This document shows, piece by piece, positions 39,760 to 50,754 of a DNA stretch of 64,000 bases. Origin of the DNA: Adineta vaga (Eukaryota > Animalia > Rotifera); NCBI GenBank assembly GCA_021613535.1, contig CP075496.1, forward strand, positions 6,014,001 to 6,078,000, read 5' to 3'. Position numbers and translations under genes: made by a program. The notes beneath the pieces are model-generated. The model saw only the letters and a list, made by a program, of their open reading frames with translations. It was not told the origin of the DNA and ran no database searches. Each line of letters opens with the position of its first letter. Position 1 is the first letter of the stretch.

Positions 39760-41735
39760 ATGTTCTCGTTGTTTCATCGTCGTACAGCTTCAGCTTCTCG
39801 ATCGGATTCTAATATGAAAGAAAATACGAACAATGGAACAAATAATTCAAAACTAAATGCTGAAAATCAGGGCCTTATTACACCAACACCATCAACAAAT
39901 AGTAATGGATTTAAACGTCGGACATTATCTGGTATTTCATTAGCATCTTCGTCATCTTCATTAACAACATCACCATTACTTAATATAACTCGTCAACAAG
40001 AAAAACATGAATTACAAACACTGAATGATCGTTTAGCAGTTATTATCGATACTGTACGACGTCTCGAACAAGATAATGAAAAATTACGAGTAATATTTGA
40101 TTCAATAGCAAACAAGTGATTTAATAGAATTTCTTTAGACTATTGTCAAATCGAATGCACAATCATTTGAAAATGAAACGTCAAAAGTAAAAGTATTGTA
40201 TGAAAATGAATTAGGTAAGAAATATTTAATTTCATCTAAAAAGAGATTCGACATATTTATCGTTTTGTAGATGATGCAAAGAAATTAATCGAAGAATTAG
40301 CTCATGAAAAATCTCGTTTGGAAATTGAACTTGAAAAGAAACGTTGTGAAAATGCAGATTTACAAACGAAGTAAAGAAACGTTTATCAAACTATCTTCTG
40401 ATGATAGACACCATTGTTTTCTTTTAGATTTATTCGTATGGATCGTGATGCACGTGGATCTGAATCTCGTTTCAAACAATATGAAACTGAAATAGCTGAA
40501 TTGAAAGCACGTTGTGATGGTATTTTATTTGATATAACACGTAAAAATGAAGAAAATGAAGTAAAATAAAATCTGTCATTCGATTATGAATAACGTCTTA
40601 CTCGATCATATTTTAGTCTCTTCAAAATATCAATGATGATCTTGAAAAGCAAATTTCTGCTTTAAAACGTCAACTTGAATCCGAAACTTTATTACGTATT
40701 GATCTTGAAAATAAGAATAAAACATTACGTGAAGAATTAGAATTCAATCAACAAGTGCATGATACTGTATGTTTTGAAACTATTGCTTTTCTTACATCAT
40801 CATAATCATCCTATTTTTAGCATATACAACAAATCAAAGAACACCAAACATATGAAAGTACGCATAATGATGGTATACGACAACAATATGATGATAAAAT
40901 TTTACAAGAATTACAAGAATTACGTACACAAAACGAGCAAGAAATGATCTTGTTACGAGAAGAAATTGCAGCACAATACGAAAAAAAAGTATGGATTTCT
41001 ATCAATTAGATTTTACGAAGAATTTCTTTTTCTATATTTAGATTGAAGATTCGTATAATATGAATCGTCGTCATCTTGAACAAATCAATAATTATCGTGC
41101 AGATTTAGCATCGTATCGTGAACGAGTTGAAGAATCAACGAAAGCTCGTGATGTTTGCAATGAAAAAGTGTTACAATTAGAACAACGTTGTCGTGATTTG
41201 GAAGATCGTACTTATCGTGCTCAACAACAGCAACATGAATCAATTATGGAACGTGATGATGAAATACAAAATTTCAAACAAATTATTGATCAGATGCAAA
41301 TTGATTATCAAAATTTACTTGATACAAAGATTGGACTTGATCGAGAAATTGCAACTTATAGAAAACTACTTGATTCCGAAGAAGAACGGTAAGTTTAACA
41401 TTCGATAGAATTGAATTAATTTTCGGATTTTATTTTTCTCTTTCAATTCACAGATTGAATATTTGCAGTCGAGTAAATTCGGTATCAGTAATGAATGGTG
41501 CTGCAACACCAACAATTAATGAGGAATGTGCTCCAGTAGCAACACAACGACAACGTCTCAAACGACCACGTCTTGTTGTTGATGATGATGATGATATTGT
41601 TATTACAAATGGTAATTAATAACAAAGAAAATAGTAGTTGAACAATTTGTTTTGTTGTATAATAACCCCGGTTGTTAACTTTCTTTAAAAGAGAAACCAA
41701 ATCATGGTTTAGATATCTTTCAAAAAAAAAGATAA
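39760..41735 (+). CDS. Lamin-like intermediate filament with short tail (last exon tentative)
   Basis: SPLLNITRQQEKHELQTLNDRLA; ETLLRIDLENKNKTLREEL; LDREIATYRKLLDSEEERL; NLS-like RQRLKRPR. Confidence 0.85.
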
Positions 41736-42022
41736 ATAGATAGTGTTTTTTCTTTCTTATGTTCTTCTTGTTATTCGATTAATGAAAAATTGTTTATCAA
41801 TGAATTCAATTGTCATATATCAGATATTTTTTCTCTGTTCTTTCTTTCTTTCATTCATAATAGTAGATATGTACATTTGCAAATAAGTTGAAATCAATAA
41901 AATCAAACAGATTGTTTCTCTTTTGCTTCAATTCAAAGAAATATATATATTACATACAGATGATTTGATCACATGAGTTTAGATATATATATATATATTA
42001 AGACAAAATATAGAGAATATCA

Positions 42023-42710
42023 ATGACGGCTTTCCTATTTGGTTTTGCTATGGTAGACAATCTTCTTCTATTGTTTATTAATATATATAATGTAAGTTTT
42101 TTGTTTCCTTTTGATCAAGATGATTACGAACATTCTGTGTAGATTATTACATTGTCTGATCTGGAAACCGATCTAATGAATGTTCGACAATGTTGCACTA
42201 AACTTAATCAAGTATGTATTTATTGAATGTTTTATTTCTCTTTATAGCAGATTTTTCTAGACATTGCTTCCCGAATTTGCATTACATATCATGTTAACAA
42301 TCTTTTTCATATTCAGTAATCATTGGTTTCTCTTTCTCTTCAATGTACCATTAGATCTTTGGTTTGCTTTTAAGTACATACTTGGTTTTTTTATGTTTTC
42401 ATTTCATAATTTCATCTATCTTTTACACTCAGATGTCTTAAACGACAACCCGGGCAATTAGGTTTCTATGATCCATTGGAAATTAACAATCGGATACGTA
42501 TTGCGGCAAAAATGCGAGTAAGAATTTTATTTATTCGATATTCATTCTATCTTATTCATTTTCATTTCCTAGGAGTTTCTCTTTCGATTACCATTTTATT
42601 TGATATGTTTTTTTATTTATCTTTTCTTGTTAGTATATTTCTAATCGATATACTCACTTTTAAACCGATTCTTTTTCATTTCTTTTAGGTTAATACAAGC
42701 ATTGATTTAA
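42023..42710 (+). CDS. CNIH4: Cornichon family ER cargo receptor (CNIH4-like)
   Basis: IITLSDLETDLMNVRQCCTKLNQ...LPE...FLFNVPL...GFYDPLEINNR. Confidence 0.85.
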
Positions 42711-42944
42711 ACTTGCGAAAATTAGAAACTTTTCAGATAGAATTCTTAAATAAAAAACAACAGAAAGATATTATTTTTTTTTGTGCTATTATAGTTTATT
42801 GTTTGTTATTAAATATATGAAATCCGAACATACGGGAATATATTTCTGACACGAATACTGTTCAATGAGGAAGAGTAATCAAATCATGAAAGAACTTTTG
42901 TAGAATGCTATACTTCTTTTTTTTGACGATTTCTTTTAGATTCA

Positions 42945-44334
42945 ATGTTACTTTATCATGGACGAAATCTTTTTCACCATCGTCTACGTACCTTTAAACT
43001 TTATTATTCTACTTCTATTATTAAACCGTTAAATGTAGCATTTTTTGGTTCGGATCTTTTCTCGATGGATATTCTTGAGCATCTCTATCGTTTATTTTCC
43101 ACTGATAAATCACGAATTGGACATTTAGAAGTAGTTACAACGATTTCGACTTCTAATATTGTAATGCGTGGTGCCGAAAAACTTCAATTACCAACGCATA
43201 CATGGCCTCAAGTTGATTCTCTTATATCGAAATCACCTATTCAATTTGATGTAGGAATTCTTGCATCATTTGGTCAATTATTACCCAAACGTTTAATCGA
43301 ATCTTTTCCTTTGTAATTTGAAATCTATACAATAATATCAAAGATAATTGATCTAAACTATTTAGAGGTATAATCAATGTTCATCCAAGTTTATTACCTC
43401 GATGGCGTGGTAGTTCTCCACTTATCTATACCATTGCTAGTGGTGATCAAATCAGTGGTGTTTCAATTATGGATATACGACCCAAACAGTGAGTAAGTGT
43501 GTATAATCAAAGATATTTTTCTTCTACGTATATTTTTATCATTAGTTTTGATATTGGACCAGTCTTAATGCAACAATCATTTCCATTAACAACTCATATG
43601 ACTATGTTTGATTTATTGAAAATATCTGCAGATATTGGTTGTTCATTAGTATATGGAAATCGAATCATTTGCTCGAAATTTTGATTTTCAATTTTAGTTA
43701 GACACAGTTCTCGAAGATCCAATTAAAGCACGGAAAAATGCACAACAACAAACATCAACAGGAATTACTTATGGTAATAAATAATCTTGTATTCTCTAAA
43801 TGAATGACATGTATTCTAGCACATAAATTAAATAAATACGCATTTTATATCGATTGGCACAATCATACAGTAGAAAATATTGATCGATTATATCGAGCAC
43901 TGAATCAAATCGTTTGTTTTTTGTCTCATAATCTATCATTTAAACTAACCATTTTACAATTTTCAGGCAAATCTTCGAACGATATTTCGTCAAAAACCTG
44001 TTCGTTTAAAACTTCTGACATTAATTCATGATCAAAATATTCTTGATAACTTGAATACTCTCTCAACACAACCAGGAACAGCAATCTATAATAAATCTCT
44101 GGAATGTATTTGTATTCGATGCAAAGTATTGAAGATATATTGACTTTTCTTGATTTACAAAATCATGAATATTTTTAGAATGGTTGGATTGGATTTAAAA
44201 AATTAGCGTATCAAAAATCAATGTATGCACGTGATTTTCAAAATGGATACATTAGTAAAACGGATAGATTCATCTTTGATTCAATACATAATCCATTATT
44301 CGATCATATTTATGATCGACGTCTTCCTACATAA
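42945..44334 (+). CDS. MTFMT: Mitochondrial methionyl-tRNA formyltransferase
   Basis: Transit-like N-terminus; [10 protein letters not shown]; [14 protein letters not shown]; [16 protein letters not shown]; FDIGP. Confidence 0.92.
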
Positions 44335-44930
44335 GTCTTTTCGTTTGTTACTTGTTTAGTTTTCTTCTAATGGAAAAAGATAAAATATGATCATAGTTAC
44401 AGTTTGTTGTTATTCTCTCATGAATTTGTTAATCTCTAACGATATTGTAATACGATATGAACCATAAAGATTTCAAACAGATTCTTTTTGTACAATCTTC
44501 ATATTTATCTTTTAGAACAAGAAAAACATAATGCTATTTTGATTTTTAGTGTGATGAGTCATGATCACAATATCTCATCGAATTAACACGTCATGCATAT
44601 AATGTTCTTGATCGTTAACATATACTATTGTAGAAACAAATTGTCATGGCTTATCTCCCATACTTAATACAGAGAAATTGACTATGAGTAAAGCAATATT
44701 TATGGTTTATCGATGTCCTATCATGATTTCATGTAGAAGTTTTTGACATAAACAACTCAAAATTCCTTTTACTAGTTTGTTTCTTAATTCCAAACCATTA
44801 TTTCCATGTTATAGCAATCATAAATATAAATGATGTATTTTGAAGCATATGCTATTTTAAGCCAAACTGATGACGAATAAAGGTATTCTCTTTCTTGCCG
44901 AAAAAGAAAATATACGTACTCTATAATCTG

Positions 44931-44936
44931 TATAAA
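44931..44936 (+). promoter_or_regulatory. TATA-box candidate of the array host gene
   Basis: TATAAA ~60 bp upstream of ATG 44992. This is weak evidence in AT-rich DNA. Confidence 0.35.
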
Positions 44937-44991
44937 TCGAAAGCAATATCATTATTATATTCGTTTTCAAAAAACAAACAGTAAATCGTCA

Positions 44992-47900
44992 ATGGCCTCG
45001 CTATACTACCTTATCACAATTAGTATTTTATTGCTTTTGGTATTTGCAACACTAGCTCGTGTAATACAGCCAGACTCTCACAATTTAAACAGAGATGGAC
45101 AACAGTTTCATCAAGATCGAAATCTCTTGGACCGTATACGTGCAAAGCGTCGAGAGCTCATTCATTGATCCAATGACTACGCAAAATATATGCAGACTTA
45201 TTTCATAGAATGAAGAGACAGCGTATAGTTGAAGAAAACTAGTATGATATATTCAAAAATCACATGAATAAAAAAATAAGTTATGAATTGCGTTTCTTTC
45301 TTGCGAACATCGAATATATGTGAAGTGAATATGTACAATAAGTTCAGAAATAATATAAGTTTGTATAAATACTACATGTTTCTCTCTTTATTTCGAAGTG
45401 ACGACATAGACAAATGAAATCAGATGAAACTATTCAGTGATCACATCAACTCAAAATTAAAGGATAAACTTTTGCTCTTTTGTTGATTGATAAATACATT
45501 TATGAACAATAAGTACGAAACGATTTATTCACTGATAATGAGTGTTTCATAACCTAAGCTGGATTCTATTCTTCAATTTCAAACAAATGATAATTGGAAA
45601 GAGTCGATACAGATTGTTCAATATTGATGCAAGTATTAATATGTATAACGCATATTTTCTTTGTGGTTTAATGTACAAATATTATCGAAAAGAATCTGAA
45701 AATATTATCTATTGTTGACATAACTGTACACATATCTTATCATTCCGTTTTCAATGATTCTTAATTATCTTATAATTGAACAACGTTATCCTAAGTTATT
45801 CATTAACAATATATTGGCGAAAAGATAAACAATAAACTTCTATTTTCTGACTCACTAGAATATAGTTGAAGGATATTACGTGGGAATATTCATTCATCTT
45901 ATGAATTCAAAAATTTATCAAAAACATCTTACTTTACACGTGTAATACATATATAAGTGAAAAATGCTATTGTCATATCTTCGAATAATATGTAGTTTCG
46001 ATCACGCACTACAAGTTCTTTGTTTTTAGCTTACCGTTTGCACATTATTGAAGATATTTATGATCATGAGTTCGTTTACCACATGATTTTGAATATTTTG
46101 AATGAACTTCTCTATTTCAAAATAAGATGATTGTATATTGGAAAAGAGACACTACGATACGTTCATTTGTCACGTGTACTTAAAAATCCATGCAACATTC
46201 CATAGTTGTCTTTTAAGCAAACATATAAATGAAAAAAGCCAGGTGAGAATATTCACTTATCTTTTCATTCGAACACACATCAATTAGCTACATTTCTGTG
46301 TTTGGAAATTATCGTATAGTTGAATAGACCTTAAGTCACATATTCAAAAACAATGTAAGTTTCTGAAGACGTTACAAATCATTTCTTTAACTTTGGGATC
46401 GGTACATAAATGAAGATAATCACGATGACCTGTTCATTATTCATGTTCATTTATGAATTTATTATATGCATTATGTTCTTTCGATCATTATTCACACATA
46501 TTTGAAAACAACTAGGACTGTATATTCATTGATCATGTAAGTCCTAGCACTGAGTCGAGACTGTCCTCTTGGAGTTGTGATTTAAACATAAATGAAGAAT
46601 AACTGATTGAATTATTCATCAACCTAGTACATCAATACATATTCTAGGAACTATCATTTTCTATAATAGAGAAAATGTATACTAGAACAAAATCGGAATG
46701 TAGTGTTCAATGATCACGTCAATTTTCAATCATGATCCCCTGTCTCTTTGCCTTTTGAATTGATCATATAATCGAAAAATACGATACTGACCTATTCATT
46801 ATTCATGTGAAAACAAATCATGTTTGTAAACTTTACCTATTTATTGAAAAGTAACAGTTAATCAAATAGAAGTCACTTTAATATGTTCATCAATTACATA
46901 CATTTCAAAATACATTATGGTTTATCTCAAATACTTCGAAATGGATATACATAGTAGAACAAACAGATTGAGATGTGTTCGTTATACTTGTTTGTACAAA
47001 GATATATTTAGAACATGTACTTCTTGCTGAAAATTAACCATATAATTGTTGAAAATCAGGGATAAATTATTCAACAATGGTTTGATCATACACACTTAAC
47101 TGTAAATTTTACTTTTGCTTCACAATGATCATATATTTAAAAAGAGTCATTCTAAGATGTTCATTGATTATGTTATTTGAATAAGATCATAGAAACATTT
47201 TACTCCTACTAAGAAATGGTTCTATAGTCGATGAAAACCTTTGAAATGTATGCATTGACTATGTATATTCAAATAAAAGGTGTAACCTATTTCTCATCGT
47301 TCTATTATTAATCTAAATTTGAACAGATCCATGTTCAAATATTCGATGAGTATGTCTACCTGAGAACATACTATGCATCTTTGTTCTTACGTTTGAAATG
47401 AGCATATAGGTGAAGAAAAGCATCATATTTCATTTATTTATGACATTATATGAAAAATATACCGTCAATTTACTTTCTTTATTTCAATCGAATTAAATAA
47501 TTGACCTAACTCAAAAAGACATGTTCACTAGCCATCTATATACTATAATACATAACAAAATGAATCTATTTCGAAGTGAGTAATGTTTATAAGTGAAAAG
47601 AATCTGCTAACATGTTCACTAGTTATGTAGATCCAATGGTATCTAATGAAATTCTTCTCTCTACAACGGAATCATTATGTAACTGAAGAGATTCTCATTG
47701 ACTAGTTTATAAAACATATAGATTCATAGAAAGCTTCAGAGTTTTTCTTCCTAACTTTATTATCAGTGTTTTAGTGAACAGTCTCAATATGATCTATTCA
47801 TTAACTACAGAAATATGAACATATAGGATGAATACTATCTTTTTTGATACATCCGAGTAAATAATTGAAGAGAATAACCATCAGATATTCATAAAGTATA

Positions 47901-49510
47901 TGATTTCAAAATAAGATTAGAGTCATCCCTGTGCAATCCCTAAGAGATAGATATGTTAAACGATTTACTTTATCTTGTTCATGAACTACGAAAAGTCCAG
48001 CATATGCTTGAAACGTTTTCTATGTATTCTTGTAGCAGTAATGTAACAGAAGAATTACAAAATAAATCAGTCATAAATCCAGTGAGTTTCAGTATTGATC
48101 ATGTATGCGCTATCTCTATTTTCAAATCTGCATATAAATGAAAAGATCTTCGATGACATGTTCATCAATCATGTAAAACTAAAGAGACGAAATGAATTTT
48201 TCAATTACATTTAAGCATGATATTATAATCGAAAAGTGCTCATATGATTTACAATCATGACTCGTATATGAAAATATATCTTTTGCACCATTCATCTAGT
48301 TGATGACAAGTATATAACTGAAAGAGATTACCAACAGTTATTCATTGAATATGAAAATTTAAAAAAAGATAGTAAATCATTATCATTTATTTGTAAACTA
48401 TAATGTATTTGAAAATATTTACTGTAATATTTTCAATACTTATATGGTTGTGTAGATAGGTCGATCATGGTTCTCTTTCGCTTAAAGTTAGAAAATAGTT
48501 GGATGAGATCACCATAATCTATTCATTAAACATATGGATTCAATGTAAATCATAGATTTCTCTTTTATGATCAGAAAGATGCAAATAATCGTACAAAATC
48601 ACCATGTACTGTACATTATCTATGTGAATTTCAATATACATCTCGAACTCTCTCGTCATGATTCATTACAAACACATAGCTGAAAAGATTTTAAACAAAA
48701 TTCTTTATCCACGTAGATGTCAAATGATCAAGTTATGCCTTTCTCTTTGTTCGGCTATCGTTTATAGTAGAAAAAACTTACCCACCATCACAGCAATCCT
48801 CTGATGAACCATCAGCTGTTTATTAATGACCTGATCACGATATCTGTCTATATATTTACTAAACTTACTAAAAAGCAAGTTTATAGTTGAGAAATCTCTA
48901 AATGGATCAGATGATGGTTCAAGCACAAGAAAGTTATATGTTCACTAACGACGGAAATTAACTGTTACGTTATAAGCTACCACCAATTATTCCGAACTAA
49001 GCATATAGATGAATACAATTGAAATACTATGTTCGTTACGCATGTGATTTTCATCATAAATCTCGAATAAATTGTTTTCATTTGAATCTAAATTAATAAA
49101 TGAACAAATTGACGATGATTGTTTCTAATACTGTGTGAATGAAATTATACTCTATGAATCCTATCTTTTCAACATATGATGAACATATTTCTGATGGAAA
49201 TCTCAATGAATTATTTATAAATAAAGTGATTTGGAATATACAACTGAATTATTAACTTTCTGGCTTTGAAAAAGAATATTTTCGAACAAAGACAGAGATA
49301 TTATACATGAATTCTATACATATGTTACCAATGCCTGTTATTTTTTCTAATTTAGTCTTATTACAAGATATATGACTAATCATCGAGCATATCGAAATGT
49401 AAATATAAATCAAATTTCAGATTGATTCATTGATTTCTTTTCTTCCTTTCATAGTACTGATCGACAACAATTGCTTAAAAGAATTCTCAATCAATTTCCA
49501 TCATCATTAG
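44992..49510 (+). CDS. Predicted two-exon 65-aa secreted peptide (exons 44992-45133 and 49455-49510); host gene of the hairpin array
   Basis: Signal peptide MASLYYLITISILLLLVFATLA; donor C|GTATAC at 45134; strong polypyrimidine tract with CATAG acceptor ending 49454; in-frame ...NLLDLLIDNNCLKEFSINFHHH*; AATAAA at 49568. Confidence 0.55.
45134..49430 (+). ncRNA. Tandem array of ~45 ~91-nt units, each a pri-miRNA-like hairpin (putative intronic small-RNA cluster)
   Basis: A TTCA-type anchor recurs mostly every 89-92 bp (e.g. 45889, 45980, 46071, 46162, 46252, 46343, 46433, 46525, 46615, 46706). Stems co-vary and contain G-U pairs on the + strand. T is conserved at anchor+13. Confidence 0.7.
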
Positions 49511-50754
49511 AGACTATACTTCATAAAAACAAAACGTTTTATTTTTCTTTGACTTCTATTTTATTTTAATAAACATATTCATGACACAATTATTTATCAC
49601 ATTTCAAAATAAAAGATTTCGCATAATTAGAATCGAATTGAATAACAGCAACGAGTAAATATCATTTGTGTTTATATTTGTTTTATCACGCGTATCAATA
49701 TTATACGATCAATAGGTGCATCATTAGACAAAACTAATCCTGTTATCACGTCATTATTATTACCTTTTGTTTTCGTCTAGATGGATCGTTACATACATCT
49801 ATATTGTTCTTTCTACGACTACTAAAATACTAAAATAGAATTCAGAAAATAAAAATCTACAAGAGATATTTCGAATATGATGACAGACATGTCACAATAT
49901 AAATCCTTTGAAACTACTCATCTATATCAGATTGTTATAAAGATATGTGTTGTACATTTGGCTAATAGCCCATTCATTCGTTCTTTCGATCGATTATCGT
50001 CAACAATAGTTCATCCGTATACACACATGTAGAATAATACGTTGATCAATGTGAGCCAGATCTTTTCTTTGTTATTGGTTTATAGATTCAAAATGATCGA
50101 ATAAAGCGTGAAGGTATTTTGTGTATTTCTCTTATAATCTTTCATGAAACTATCACGAAATGAGATCGCAGTTGTTATGATTATTTGAATGATTCAAGAA
50201 TACGATGTTTCATAGTTTCATTCTTCAGAATCTTATTCAATTTTTAAATAAATAAATAATCTATGTATTATTGTGCATAGATTATCTTGATGCTTTCTTT
50301 TTTCATGGGTGACCTTCAATCTTCGTAATTGAAAAAAACCCACAAATGACAAGAAAAATACATATTCAGCCATATGAAGATCTGACTTTTGTTCTTTAGT
50401 AACTAATCACTTTTCTTATACAAAAACAATAATTACTCGATTCGATCATTGTATGAAGACGTTCATTTTTCCTAATTGTGCGTCATATCAATGTGATCGA
50501 CGAGCAACTCAATATTAATGTCTATACACCTCCAGATCAACATGAAACTATAATTTTATTGATAGTCATTAGTTTTTTTTCGAGATTATCATTTTTTATT
50601 AGGTTTCTTTCAACTATTTCAAATAGATGTCGCTGGATATATTACGCATATCGCTATTCCTCTACGCGGATGTCCACTGATAATAAAGAGAAAGAAAGAA
50701 AGAAAGGGAGAAAGAAAAAAAGAGTTTGTATTCAATTGCTTTTTTACATTGTCA

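Noticed and set aside
44992-45213. Unspliced prepropeptide with RAKRR site and TGA read-through into glucagon-like SNDYAKYM
   Set aside because: This part overlaps the first array unit and needs read-through. The spliced model fits better and the similarity is likely chance.
45134-49430. True CRISPR array
   Set aside because: The context is eukaryotic, there are no cas genes, the repeats are highly degenerate, and the variable parts are themselves base-paired.
45134-49430. Array of 35-nt alternative micro-exons with 56-nt introns (some units read TATAG|...|GTAAGT)
   Set aside because: Most units lack AG or GT at these positions and many would-be exons contain stops. The conservation is better explained by stem pairing.
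45134-49430. Nematode-type Ruby-motif (CTGTTTCA) 21U piRNA loci
   Set aside because: TGTTCA only loosely resembles the motif, spacing to the conserved T is 13 nt rather than ~40, and the motif pairs with a downstream arm.
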